Assembly (NCBI GenBank): GCA_038885755.1
Contig: JAVZZH010000001.1
Location: 1-64,000 of the forward strand
Direction: 5' to 3'
DNA from: Candidatus Caldarchaeum sp.
Lineage (GTDB): Archaea > Thermoproteota > Nitrososphaeria_A > Caldarchaeales > Caldarchaeaceae
Length of the DNA: 64,000 nt
Below, one piece after another: positions 19,476 to 30,300 of this stretch (the first letter of the stretch is position 1; every line of letters starts with the position of its first letter). The notes below the pieces were generated by a model, which was not told the origin of the DNA, searched no databases, and was given only the letters and a program-made list of their open reading frames with translations. The translations under genes and the position numbers were made by a program.

Positions 19476-20798
19476 TTGATGAATGAAAAGCAAGGAATAT
19501 CGAGGCGTAAGTTCCTAGCTGTTTCCTCTGGAGTAGCGGCCGGGTCTGTCGCCGCCGCAGCTGTCGTAGGCGGTCTCGCCGGGTATTTTGCTGGTGTTTC
19601 CCAAGCACCTCCAGCCACAACTAGGACAGTGACTACGCCCGGTGCCACAGTGACGATGACCGCGCCCCCGAAGAGGTTGAAGGTTGGCTACATCTACGTA
19701 GGTCCTGTGGGAGACTTTGGATGGACTTACGCCCACAACGAAGGAAGAAAGTGGGCTGATTCGATGTTCAAGAACGTTGACAGCTCCTACATAGAGAGTG
19801 TTCCTGAAGCGGAGTCGGCTGGGGCGATAGAGTCGCTTATAAACCAAGGAGCTGACTTGGTCATAACCACTAGCTTCGGATACATGGACCAGACGGCTGA
19901 AGTAGCTGCAAAGCATCCCGACAAGTATTTTGTACACATATCTGGATACAGAAGCGGAGCAGCTGGCAACGCTCCTCAAAACATGAGCAGCGCCTTCGCC
20001 GAGTTTTATCAACTATACTACCTGAACGGTCTGGCAGCAGGAGCGGTCACTCAAACAGGTGTCGTGGGCTACGTGGCAGCTCACCCCATTCCCGAGGTAG
20101 TACGACACATAAACGCGTTCGTCATCGGAGCAAACTACTCCTACAAAAAACGAACAGGCCGAAACATCCGAGCATACGTAAACTGGTTGTTCAGCTGGTT
20201 CGACCCGGGGAAGACACGACAGGCCGCAACAGCTCTAGTTGAGGAGTCCAACGCAGACGTTTTGGCTTTCACCGAAGACTCGCCGACAACGCTACAGGTT
20301 GCGGAGGAATACACCACTCGTAAGGGGAGGAGGGTGTGGAGCTTCAGCCACTACGGAGACATGACGCAGTACGGCCCGAACTCTCATCTCACGGGGCAGA
20401 TCGTACACTGGGGGCCCATCTACCTAGACTTTTACAGAATGGTCGCCACCAACACATGGCGGTCCGTAGACATATGGACCCGGATAGGAGACTACATGCC
20501 CTACAGATGGAGAAGGCCCGTTGACAAGAGCACGGCGGGACAGGTTGACGGAACGCTGCAGCTGGGAAAGCTCAACCCAGCTATCCCCAGCGAGTGGCAG
20601 ACAGAGATAAAGAAGCGGTACGAGGAGATGAAGGAGCTGCTATTCGAGCCTTTCAGCGTAGAGGGCAACGGAGGCGAACCCATCAGGGACCAGAAAGGCG
20701 AAGTAAGGATAAGCGGTACCCAGCGAGCCGACTGGGACATGCTATGGAACATGGACTGGTTCGTCGAATACATCTTGAGCGAGCTACCTAGAGGATAG
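19476..20798 (+). CDS. BMP-family nucleoside/purine ABC substrate-binding protein with Tat signal
   Basis: SRRKFL Tat motif, T/P-rich linker, IYVGPVGDFGWTYAH, TTSFGY, IPEVVRHINAF, SWFDP. Confidence 0.9.
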   Translation: MMNEKQGISRRKFLAVSSGVAAGSVAAAAVVGGLAGYFAGVSQAPPATTRTVTTPGATVTMTAPPKRLKVGYIYVGPVGDFGWTYAHNEGRKWADSMFKNVDSSYIESVPEAESAGAIESLINQGADLVITTSFGYMDQTAEVAAKHPDKYFVHISGYRSGAAGNAPQNMSSAFAEFYQLYYLNGLAAGAVTQTGVVGYVAAHPIPEVVRHINAFVIGANYSYKKRTGRNIRAYVNWLFSWFDPGKTRQAATALVEESNADVLAFTEDSPTTLQVAEEYTTRKGRRVWSFSHYGDMTQYGPNSHLTGQIVHWGPIYLDFYRMVATNTWRSVDIWTRIGDYMPYRWRRPVDKSTAGQVDGTLQLGKLNPAIPSEWQTEIKKRYEEMKELLFEPFSVEGNGGEPIRDQKGEVRISGTQRADWDMLWNMDWFVEYILSELPRG

Positions 20799-20851
20799 CG
20801 GCTTAACCTCCACAAATTTTTTATTCCCAACAATAGAATCTTGGTGGGAGA

Positions 20852-22384
20852 ATGGGCGAGGAGGAATACTTAGTGGAGATGACCGGGATTGTGAAGAAGT
20901 TTCCCAACGTGGTGGCGAACGACAACGCATGCTTCACGCTTAAACGTGGAGAGGTTCACGCTCTTCTAGGCGAGAACGGGGCGGGCAAAACAACCCTGAT
21001 GAACATACTGTACGGCATCTACCGCCCCGACGCCGGCACGATAAAGGTTTACGGAAAACCGGTCGTCATCAGAGGCCCGAAGGACGCTATCCAGCTGGGC
21101 ATAGGAATGGTCCACCAGCAGTTTAAGCTCATCCCCGTGCACACCGTGCTCGAAAACGTCGTCCTAGGAATCAAGCAAACAGGCTTCGTCCTCAACACGA
21201 GAAAAATAAGCCAAGACCTGTCGCAGATGATCTCCAGCTATGGATGGAAAATATCGCCGGATGCCAGAGTGTGGCAGCTTTCAGCCGGCGAGAAGCAGCA
21301 GGTCGAGCTTTTGAAGGCTTTGTACAGAAGAGCTAGGATACTCATAATGGACGAGCCGACCTCGGTCTTGACGCCTCAAGAGACGAGCGTTCTATTCAAA
21401 ACGCTGCGGAAGATGGCTGCTGAAGGGCTTGGCGTGGTGCTGATAACTCACAAGCTCGACGAAGTGATGGCTGTGAGCGACAGGGTCACGGTCATGCGGG
21501 CTGGACGAACTGTCGCCACAAAGCCGACGAAAGAAACCAGCATAGAGGATCTGGTCAACATGATGATAGGGCGACCCTTGATTAAGATACAAACACCAAG
21601 GGTGATTGCTAGGAACAAGCCTGTGCTGGAAGTGTCCAGCCTCGTAGTCCTGAACGACAAAGGGTTGGAGGCTGTCCGAAGGGTCTCATTCAAGCTTTAT
21701 GAGGGAGAGATTCTAGGCGTGGCTGGTGTTTCGGGCAACGGGCAGCAAGAGCTCCTCGAAGCGATAGCCGGGTTGAGGAAAGCAGTCTCGGGTAGAGTTT
21801 TTCTCAACTCGGCTGACATAACAAACCGCCATCCACTAGAGATAATCAACGCAGGAGTGGCCTACATTCCAGCCGAATCCTTGAGATATTCTGCGCCTGA
21901 CATGACGGTCGCCGAAAACCTCTTCCTCAAAGCGTACAGGCTGAGAGAATTCTCCAATGGCTTTTTAATCAACTGGCGCAACTTGGAGGAAAAATCGAGA
22001 CAACTCATCAAAGACTTTAACATCGTGACTCCTTCCACGCGCAACAAGGTCGGAAACCTGTCAGGCGGCAACGTGCAGAGACTCGTGCTGGCAAGAGAGC
22101 TGGAAACCATTCCAGACCTTAAAGTAATTCTTGCAGGCTATCCCACTAGAGGGCTTGACATCGCCTCGACGGAGTTCATCCATCAGATGCTGCTGAAAAA
22201 GACTGACCGGGGGGTTGCTGTTCTTCTAGTTTCTGAGGAGCTCGAGGAGCTTATGTCCTTGAGCGATAGGATTATGGTGATGTACAAGGGTGAGGTGGTG
22301 GGCGTTTTGGAGAGAGGACGGTATGATCTGGAGGAGATTGGCCTGATGATGACAGGCGTCAGAAGGGAGGAAGTGAGCGCTTGA
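20852..22384 (+). CDS. Nucleoside ABC transporter ATPase (two NBDs)
   Basis: GENGAGKTT, GMVHQQF, DEPTSVL, GVSGNGQ, LSGGNVQ, PTRGLD. Confidence 0.93.
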   Translation: MGEEEYLVEMTGIVKKFPNVVANDNACFTLKRGEVHALLGENGAGKTTLMNILYGIYRPDAGTIKVYGKPVVIRGPKDAIQLGIGMVHQQFKLIPVHTVLENVVLGIKQTGFVLNTRKISQDLSQMISSYGWKISPDARVWQLSAGEKQQVELLKALYRRARILIMDEPTSVLTPQETSVLFKTLRKMAAEGLGVVLITHKLDEVMAVSDRVTVMRAGRTVATKPTKETSIEDLVNMMIGRPLIKIQTPRVIARNKPVLEVSSLVVLNDKGLEAVRRVSFKLYEGEILGVAGVSGNGQQELLEAIAGLRKAVSGRVFLNSADITNRHPLEIINAGVAYIPAESLRYSAPDMTVAENLFLKAYRLREFSNGFLINWRNLEEKSRQLIKDFNIVTPSTRNKVGNLSGGNVQRLVLARELETIPDLKVILAGYPTRGLDIASTEFIHQMLLKKTDRGVAVLLVSEELEELMSLSDRIMVMYKGEVVGVLERGRYDLEEIGLMMTGVRREEVSA

Positions 22385-23454
22385 GCAGATCATTCAACTT
22401 CAAGCTTGAGCGGAGGCCAGATATCTCCCGAAAATACTCGGCCGGCATAACCCTGTTCTTTTTCCTGCTCGCAATCCTCGCAGCAAGCCTCATCTTCGAG
22501 CTTTTAGGAGTCAGCTCATACGAAACAGTTTCAAAAGTCATTTACGTCTTCACCACGCCCTCCACCCTTCTACAAGCCATCCTGAGAGGACTTCCCATGG
22601 GCTTCGCAGCCTTGGGTCTCTGCCTTGCCTTCAGGATGAACTTCTGGAACATAGGAGCAGAGGGGCAGATATACATGGGAATGGCTGCCTCCACGGGGGT
22701 GGTTTTGCTCCACGTCTACTACGGGTTTTTACCCGATTTTCTAGTTATTCCATCGATGGTTGCTGTATCTTTTTTAGCAGGCGGAGCCTACTGTCTATTA
22801 CCGGCTTTCCTCAAGGCTCGGCTGGGAGTCAACGAGATCCTGCCAACACTCATGCTTAACTACGTGGCTATTCTGTTCGTCGACTTCCTCGTCTACGGCC
22901 CGTGGAGAGACCCGAAAGGTTTCGGCTTTCCGCACTCGATTGTTTTTCCCGACTACGCTAAAATGGAGACTGTTTTGGGACATTCTGCCTACTTGGGTCT
23001 TCCGGCAGCTGTTGTCGTTGCCGCCTTGTTATACGGTCTTCTGAACAAAACCGTGATAGGTTTTGAGGCTAGAGTCTTGGGCCAGAACGTTGAAGCTGGG
23101 AGGTATGCAGGCATCAAGATTGGAAGAACTCTTTTGACCGGGGGCATGATTGCAGGAGGCTTGGCGGGTCTGGGAGGATTGGTTCTAGTGAGCGGAATAA
23201 TAGGGAGGCTAAGGCCCAGAGCCTCGCCCGGCTACGGCTACACTGCAATAATAATCGCCTTCCTCGCCTCCCTCAATCCATGGCTTGCAGTACCAGCAGC
23301 CATCTTCTTCGGAGGCCTCCTCGTCGCAGGAGACGTGATACAAGCAACGCTGAACCTTCCTTTCGCCGCCGTTCAAATATTTCAGTCAACCATCTTCCTG
23401 ATGATAATCTTAGGAGAGTTCTTCAAGCGCTACAGAATCAGGGTGGTCAAATGA
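22381..23454 (+). CDS. Nucleoside ABC transporter permease 1
   Basis: WNIGAEGQ, NEILPTLMLNYVA, GYGYTAIIIAFL. Confidence 0.9.
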   Translation: MSRSFNFKLERRPDISRKYSAGITLFFFLLAILAASLIFELLGVSSYETVSKVIYVFTTPSTLLQAILRGLPMGFAALGLCLAFRMNFWNIGAEGQIYMGMAASTGVVLLHVYYGFLPDFLVIPSMVAVSFLAGGAYCLLPAFLKARLGVNEILPTLMLNYVAILFVDFLVYGPWRDPKGFGFPHSIVFPDYAKMETVLGHSAYLGLPAAVVVAALLYGLLNKTVIGFEARVLGQNVEAGRYAGIKIGRTLLTGGMIAGGLAGLGGLVLVSGIIGRLRPRASPGYGYTAIIIAFLASLNPWLAVPAAIFFGGLLVAGDVIQATLNLPFAAVQIFQSTIFLMIILGEFFKRYRIRVVK

Positions 23455-24431
23455 TCGACGTAGCTTGGCTGAGCTCGGTTCTCGCAGGCGCCGTCGCAGC
23501 CGGGACGGTTTTTCTGCTGGCATCCCTCGGCGAGATTTATGCCGAGCGTTCCGGAGTTCTGAACCTAGGCATGGAGGGCATGATGATAGTTGGAGCAGCG
23601 GTCTCGTTCATTTTCACCAACGCTCTGGGGCAAGGCGCTGCCTTGCTTGCAGTGGTTGTCGTAGGCTTGGTGCTGGGTCTTTCCCATGCCTTTTTCACAG
23701 TATCCCTCAAGCTCAACCAGATAGTGGTCGGGCTTGCTTACACCATACTTGGCCTCGGAATCGCGGGATTGATTACGGCGGCCGAGATAAGACGAAGAAT
23801 TATACTGATTCTCAACCCTTCAACCCCCGAGAGACTCTTGATCACTCAAGAAGCTGAGAAACTCCCCACCATGCCCATACCCGTGCTCAAAGACATTCCT
23901 TTGATTGGGCCGATGTTCTTCAACCAGAACATCCTCGTCTACCTTTCACTCATCCTGAGCTTCGTGATGTGGTTTCTGCTCTTCAAGACCCGGTTCGGAT
24001 TAAGCCTCCGTTCCTGCGGCGAGAACCCCTCCATGGCGGACACGCTGGGCGTGAACGTCTATCGAACAAGATATACAGCCATGGGTGTCTGCGGGGCGCT
24101 CGGATCCCTCGCCGGCGCATACCTCTTCATCGGCTACCAAGCTTTCTGGGTCGAGGGGATGACACAGGGGAGAGGCTTCATCGCATTAGCTCTCGTCATA
24201 CTAGCTACGTGGAGCCCTTTGAGAGCAATCCTCGGAGCCTATCTCTTCGGAGGAGTGGAGACTCTTCAGTTCCGGCTTCAAGTAATGGGCGTCGCGGCAC
24301 AGCTTCCGCAGTTTCTTCTCATGCTTCCCTACGTCGTGACAATCATCACCCTGACGCTTCTATCGCTTGAATCCGTGCGTAAACGGGTCGGAGTGCCGGC
24401 TTCTCTAGGCGTCCCGTATACACGAGAGTAG
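23451..24431 (+). CDS. Nucleoside ABC transporter permease 2
   Basis: GEIYAERSGVLNLGMEG, CGENP, GRGFIALA, MLPY; ATG at 23451 overlaps the upstream stop. Confidence 0.9.
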   Translation: MIDVAWLSSVLAGAVAAGTVFLLASLGEIYAERSGVLNLGMEGMMIVGAAVSFIFTNALGQGAALLAVVVVGLVLGLSHAFFTVSLKLNQIVVGLAYTILGLGIAGLITAAEIRRRIILILNPSTPERLLITQEAEKLPTMPIPVLKDIPLIGPMFFNQNILVYLSLILSFVMWFLLFKTRFGLSLRSCGENPSMADTLGVNVYRTRYTAMGVCGALGSLAGAYLFIGYQAFWVEGMTQGRGFIALALVILATWSPLRAILGAYLFGGVETLQFRLQVMGVAAQLPQFLLMLPYVVTIITLTLLSLESVRKRVGVPASLGVPYTRE

Positions 24432-24432
24432 A

Positions 24433-26007
24433 ATGTTGTGGAAGATGGACCGACGTATTCCTAGGACTATGAGCTCGCAACACCCTGACAACGTCAGCAG
24501 TCCGCCATGGCTGAACAACCCGTTAGTTGCAGGCGATGATGAGGTGGACGAGGTTTTCTACAGCTGGACCAAGCTTGGATGCCATGAAGCCATGTGGGAT
24601 GCAGAGGGGAAAGACGTCGACCTAAACGTTGTGAGAAAACTCTTGGCTAAATACGGCGAATCGCTCCGGGAAAACCTGATAGGCAGAGACTATTTTCTGA
24701 CATACAGGATACCCAACCCCGCCGTCGAGGTAAGCGACCGGAAAGTCTTTTTCGAAACTCTTCAAAGCATTCCGAAACACTTCGACGTCTGCAGGGCTTT
24801 CTACGGAGACAAAGCCATCCCTCCTGTTTTCGAGGTAATCGTTCCTTTCACCACATCCGTCCACCAGCTGGTTCAGGTTGTCAACACTTACAAGAAAGCT
24901 GTTGTGCAGCTAGAGGACGTCTTCATAGATTATCCGAACGTGAAGCTTAGGGATGTCATCGGTGAAATCGTTCCAGACAAAATAGAGGTGATACCTTTGT
25001 TCGAGGACCTTGAAAGCATAGGTAAAATAGATGAAATAGTGTCGAGGTTTGTCGAGATAACCTCCCCCCGATACATGCGTGTTTTCATAGCTAGGTCGGA
25101 CCCCGCTCTCAACAACGGCTTGGTGGCCGCGACGTTGATGGCGAAGCTAGCCCTAATCAAGCTCGGCGACGTGGAGAGGTCGACCGGTATCGAGGTCTAT
25201 CCAATAATAGGCGTGGGCACGATGCCCTTCCGCGGGGGCCTGAACCCGCTTACAGTGGATAGTTTTCTAGAGGAGTATGGAGTGGTGTCAACGGCCACCG
25301 TGCAGTCAGCCTTCAGATACGACCACCCCGAGAACCAAGTTATCGAAGCTGTTGAGAAGCTCAACAAACATCTTCCTACACAGAGGAGCAGAGAGCGTTG
25401 GGGAGACCCTCAGAAGCTCACGGTCCTGATCCAGAAGTTCTCCAGAGCCTATAGAGAGTTTGCGGAGGCGGCTGCTCCAACCATAGCTCATCTATCGAGG
25501 CTCGTTCCCCCTAGGAGGACGAGAAAGCTGCACATAGGTGCTTTTTCATACGGCCGGCGGCTGGGAAACGTTGAACTGCCGAGAGCCATCACGTATGCAT
25601 GCGTGCTTTACAGCCTTGGTCTTCCGCCTGAGTTCATTGGTCTACGGATTCTCAACAGCCTTTCTGAGGAGGAGTTTGACGTCCTGCACGATGCTTACGT
25701 CAACATGCGGCAGGATTTGTCCAGAGCCGCATCGCTGGTTTGCTTCGACAGTATAAACATGCTCCTAGGGCCCGAGTCCGACCAAAACATCAGCCTTCAA
25801 CCCCTTAGGAAAGTTCTCCCCCTGTACGTCGAGGACCTTGAAACCGCTGAAAACCTGCTAAACATCAAGGCAGGGCCGAGAACCATCTCTGACAGAAAAT
25901 ACAGCAACGCTATAAGCAACTTCCTAATCTCCTACCTCGAGGAAGACACCAGCTCAGCCGTCGACGAGTTGGTTAGAGCAGCAAGGATGAGGAGATGCTT
26001 AGGATAG
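24433..26007 (+). CDS. ppcA: Archaeal-type phosphoenolpyruvate carboxylase
   Basis: IPRTMSSQHPDN, MWDAEGK, IPLFE, RVFIARSDPALN, PFRG, LPRAI. Confidence 0.93.
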   Translation: MLWKMDRRIPRTMSSQHPDNVSSPPWLNNPLVAGDDEVDEVFYSWTKLGCHEAMWDAEGKDVDLNVVRKLLAKYGESLRENLIGRDYFLTYRIPNPAVEVSDRKVFFETLQSIPKHFDVCRAFYGDKAIPPVFEVIVPFTTSVHQLVQVVNTYKKAVVQLEDVFIDYPNVKLRDVIGEIVPDKIEVIPLFEDLESIGKIDEIVSRFVEITSPRYMRVFIARSDPALNNGLVAATLMAKLALIKLGDVERSTGIEVYPIIGVGTMPFRGGLNPLTVDSFLEEYGVVSTATVQSAFRYDHPENQVIEAVEKLNKHLPTQRSRERWGDPQKLTVLIQKFSRAYREFAEAAAPTIAHLSRLVPPRRTRKLHIGAFSYGRRLGNVELPRAITYACVLYSLGLPPEFIGLRILNSLSEEEFDVLHDAYVNMRQDLSRAASLVCFDSINMLLGPESDQNISLQPLRKVLPLYVEDLETAENLLNIKAGPRTISDRKYSNAISNFLISYLEEDTSSAVDELVRAARMRRCLG

Positions 26008-26009
26008 AG

Positions 26010-26579
26010 CTACCGTGAAGCCAGCGCCACCCGTTCGAGCTCAACCCTCTTCTTTATGGCGAAGCTTTTACTGTCCTTTTCAGCGGCCAGCAAGATCTCA
26101 TCCGCAAGACATTCATCGATTGTCTTACGGCTCTTGAAAGAGTTCTCCCTAGCGGCTTGTGCGATGTTCCGGAGAGCTAGGTCGACTCTCCTCTGAGGGC
26201 TTATGTCTACAGCCTTGAAGTAAACGATGCCTCCGTAGCTCAGCCTAGTCACATCTTCCAGCGGTGCGGAGTTTTCCACGGCTCTCACCAAGACCTCCAC
26301 AGGGTTGCGGCCTGTTCTTAGGTTGATTATCCACAGAGCGTTCTTGACAGCCGTCAGAGCTTTAGTCTTCTTGCCGCCGTTCTTCCCAGGCCTCATCAGC
26401 ATGTTGGCCAGCCTCTCGACTATGTTGACCGCGGACTTGGCGAAACGCCTATGCTCGTGCCTCCCGCTTGAGTGAGGAACTATCACGGGCTTGAGGCTGA
26501 TGTACCTCTTCAGACCCTCGTCCAACACCTCTATGCCTTCCACAGACCAAGTGTCGAAGACTTTTATCTCAGACGACAA
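26010..26579 (-). CDS. rps7: 30S ribosomal protein S7
   Basis: PHSSGRH, IVERL, RAVENSAP.EDVTR, AVDISPQRRVD, ELERVA.ASR. Confidence 0.97.
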   Translation of the reverse strand: MSSEIKVFDTWSVEGIEVLDEGLKRYISLKPVIVPHSSGRHEHRRFAKSAVNIVERLANMLMRPGKNGGKKTKALTAVKNALWIINLRTGRNPVEVLVRAVENSAPLEDVTRLSYGGIVYFKAVDISPQRRVDLALRNIAQAARENSFKSRKTIDECLADEILLAAEKDSKSFAIKKRVELERVALASR

Positions 26580-26618
26580 CCTAATCCCTCTCGCTCTAGG
26601 CTGTTAATAAACCCAACC

Positions 26619-27053
26619 CTACTGTATCGAAATGTGCTCTATGTTGAAGTGGCGTTTAGCGAGCAAGCGCACTAGGTTTATGTTTTTCCCATCCTTGCCT
26701 ATCGCAACACCTTTATCGCGAGGGTTGACAGTGACCATCGCCACCGTCTTCCCGTCGGGCCTTTCAGAAATCTTCACCGGCTCGATTACTTCAGCCGGAT
26801 ATAGGAGGTTTTTTATGAAAGCAGAAGCGTCTGTCGTGAACTCGACCACTTTGATTCTCTTCTTGAAGACTCTGACCAACTCCTTTATCTTAGACCCTTT
26901 GTTTGAAAGAGCCTTATGCATGTCTCCCTGCCGGACGATGAAAGTCAGCGTCTCACCCTCCTCGACGCAGTCTATAACCGCCGCACCTGTCACTGTTTCA
27001 AACATCTGGATGTATTTCATCTCCTTCTCCGTGAGCTTGATACCTTCATTCAC
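26619..27053 (-). CDS. nusA: Archaeal NusA-like KH protein
   Basis: FETVTGA..IDC, KGVAIGKDGKNI; conserved position in the rpo operon. Confidence 0.92.
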   Translation of the reverse strand: MNEGIKLTEKEMKYIQMFETVTGAAVIDCVEEGETLTFIVRQGDMHKALSNKGSKIKELVRVFKKRIKVVEFTTDASAFIKNLLYPAEVIEPVKISERPDGKTVAMVTVNPRDKGVAIGKDGKNINLVRLLAKRHFNIEHISIQ

Positions 27054-27357
27054 TTCTTTCCGACCTCACTTGCTCGAGCAAGTCGGAGCTTCCGGCGTCG
27101 AGGATCGAGATGAAAGACGCTGGGAATGGTTTTCTGAGGCTCAGGCCCAGCTCGGCGGGAGAAAAGTCTGTGAGCAGGAGGGGAATTCCTGAAGCAGCGG
27201 CCATCATGCTCACTGTTTTCAACAAGTTTGTGTCTGCTTTCCTCGAGGCGATAACCATCACCGGCCTCTTCTCCGCAACCAGCTTGATAGTCTGCCTATA
27301 ACCCACCAGCAGCTTACCCGTCCTGTTAACAACTTCAAGAGCTTGTCTGAGATCCAT
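27046..27357 (-). CDS. rpl30e: 50S ribosomal protein L30e
   Basis: TGKLLVG, ELGLSLRKPF, ILDAGSSD; conserved synteny. Confidence 0.9.
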   Translation of the reverse strand: MDLRQALEVVNRTGKLLVGYRQTIKLVAEKRPVMVIASRKADTNLLKTVSMMAAASGIPLLLTDFSPAELGLSLRKPFPASFISILDAGSSDLLEQVRSERSE

Positions 27358-30300
27358 TCTCCACACCTCTTTCGTGGCTCATCAACAGCGTGACCATTCC
27401 CGTACCAACTGGTATCTCCCTGCCGATCAAGATGCGTTCAACGTTTCCCCTGAGATAGTCCGCCTCGCCTCTCGCCGCCGCCTCCAGAAGCGTCTGCACG
27501 CTTATTTCGTAAGAAGCCCTAGCCAAGACACTGCTCTTCAGCTTCACAACGCCGTGCCTACCTATCTGCCTGACTGTTCCGCTGACCGTCATCATTTCAG
27601 CAAGCAGAAGAAGATGCCGTATGTCAACGTCAAGCCCTTGGTCCTCCATAACCTCTTTGGTCTCCTCGATGATGACGTTTCTGGCTGCCTCTATCCCGAG
27701 GACCTCGGAGATCTCGTAGATGTCGTTTGTTCTTACTCTCCGCCAGTCAACGCCGGGCACATCCATCACCTCCCTCAAGTTAGACCCCTCGGTCCTAATC
27801 ACATACTCGTCCTTCTCCTTGAAGACAGTAGCCTTCTTAATCCTCCTTATCCCCTTGACCTTTACCTGCGAAACTCTATCCCTGATGCGTTGGATGTCTG
27901 CGAAACTCTCTTCCTCTAGCTTGACCGAAAGAATGTGGCGCTCAGCGTCGTACTCAGCCTGCAGCGTCTTGACCGCTTTCTCTATATCCTTCCTAGAAAC
28001 GCCGTGTTCTTCAAGAGCTTTCTCGTCGAGCTGAAACTCCACAACGCTTTTCTTGTAGTTGACCACAACCCCTGAGACTAGGTCGCCGATCGTCGTATAC
28101 TGTATCTGCTTCGCCAACTTCCTGGCTTTCGCCAAGTTTGTCGCGTATTCGGGCTCGAGCGGAATGTACATGATGGGTGTTGAGGGTGTCCGGCGGGCGT
28201 CAACTATCTCAATCAACCTCGGCAACCCTTTGAGGATGCTCTGTTCTCCGACCCCCGCAAAGTGGAACGTTCGAAGCGTCAGCTGAGTTCCGGGCTCGCC
28301 TATCGACTGAGCCGTAACCACTCCGACAGCGTCTCCCGGCTCAGCCAGAGACCCAACATACCGCTTCACAGTTTCATCGACAACTAGGTCCACCAACTCT
28401 CTCGAGGCTTCAACTTTCTGCAGCTCAAGCATAAGCTCTCGTCTAAGGCTTGCCGGAAGCATGTAGCCTGCCTTCTCAACTCTTTCTCTGATGTAATCCT
28501 CTCCAGCGGGCTCCTTCGACTTCACTTGGTTCATCACCGAGTTTATCACGTTTGAGACTGTTATTGCTTTGCCGTGGTCTGACTTGGCTGGGTCAACTCC
28601 ATCCTCGCCGTAGGCAAACTGGATTATTCGCCCCTCGTCAGCGGTCCTGACTGTGCCGTCGTATTCGATGTATAGGGATTCGAGGGCGTTTATCAATCTT
28701 CTCTGCATGTATCCGCTCTGCTGAGTCCTTACAGCTGTGTCAACGAGACCGTCTCTACCTCCGACTGCGTGGAAGAAGAACTCTAGCGGTGTCAAGCCTG
28801 AGACGAAGGAGTTGTAGACGAAGCCTCTGGCTCGTGGAGACAGGTCTCCTTTCTTGAAGAAGCTGAGAACACGCCCCCTGAATCCCCGGTGAATTCTCTC
28901 TCTCCTTACTGACTGCTGGCCTACCACGGCTATCATCTGGTCTATGTTCAGCATCGTCCCCCTCGCGCCTGTCTTGGCCATGATGAAGGCCGAGCTGTCC
29001 TGCGAGATTTTGGCCCTGACAAGCCTTCCAGCCCCGTCTCTAGCCTCGCTCAGTATCTTCAAGACATCCGCTTCAAAAGCCTGTTCAGGAGTCATCCCGG
29101 GCGGAATGTCCTTCTCACCGGACTCGTACTCAGCCCGCAGCCTTGCGAACTGGGTGTCCGACCGCTTGAATATCTGCTGGATGTCTGAATGTATCTCCTC
29201 GGGCACCTGCAGGTCGTCGATTGAGAAGGAGAAGCCACGCATCTCGATGAACGTGTTGGCCAGCCTCACGACCTTGTCGAGGAACTCACGGGCTGTTTCG
29301 GGGCCGTAGTCCCGCGCCAGTCTGTGCAGTATACTGTTAGCCTTCTCGACGCCGACGGAGCTTTTGTCGATTACTCCGGCGACGAGCACACCGTTCTTCA
29401 CAACAACATCTTGGTTGTTAAACGATGCTTTCGTTGTGTGGTTGAAGTCTTTGGGCAGCAGGAGGCTGAACACCTGCTTACCCGTCCACAGCGGCTCAGG
29501 TTCTTTGACCGCCGGCTCGGGTACCTCATCACGGTACTTTATCGATGCGAGAAGTCTCGAGAGCTCTGACTTGTTGAGCATCGTATCGTCCTTGGTTAGA
29601 AGGTAGAGGGAGGTCAGGAAGTCTCGGATGACGCCGATTATCGGGGCTCCATACCTAGGCGATATTATGTTGTTCTCAACCACCAAAAGCTCGCGTGCCT
29701 CGGTCTGAGCTTCCTCGCTTTGCGGGACATGAAGGTTCATCTCGTCGCCGTCGAAGTCGGCGTTGTAAGGCGTGCAGACAGAAGGGTTCAGCCTCAGAGT
29801 TTTGTACGGCAGGACACGGACATAGTGCGCCATGATGGACATCCTGTGGAGAGACGGCTGCCTGTTGAACAACACTATGTCTCCGTCTTGGAGGTGTCTC
29901 TCGACAACGTATCCCGGCTCGAGCGCTGAAGCAAGCTCCTCCAAGTTCGTGACAAACTTTAGCCTCACTCTCTTCCCATCAGGCCTGATGATGTACTTCG
30001 CGCCGGGGTATTTGTCGGAGCCGTTCCGGACGAGCTGACGTATCTTCTCTATGTTCCATGGAGTGACCCTCTCCGCCACAGTCAGCTGCATGGCTATCTC
30101 GAGCGGCACCCCTACCTCGTTTATGCGGATGTTAGGGTCGGGCGATATCACCGTCCTAGCCGAAAAATCTACACGCTTCCCCGAAAGATTGAGCCTAAAC
30201 CTCCCCTCCTTACCCTTCAACCTCTGCGAAAGGGTCTTGAGAATACGTCCTGACCTGTGCTTGGCTGGTGAGACTCCAACGGCCTCGTTGTTGATGTAAG

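Noticed and set aside
19610-19670. Thr/Pro-rich low-complexity stretch
   Set aside because: An ordinary linker of archaeal solute-binding proteins
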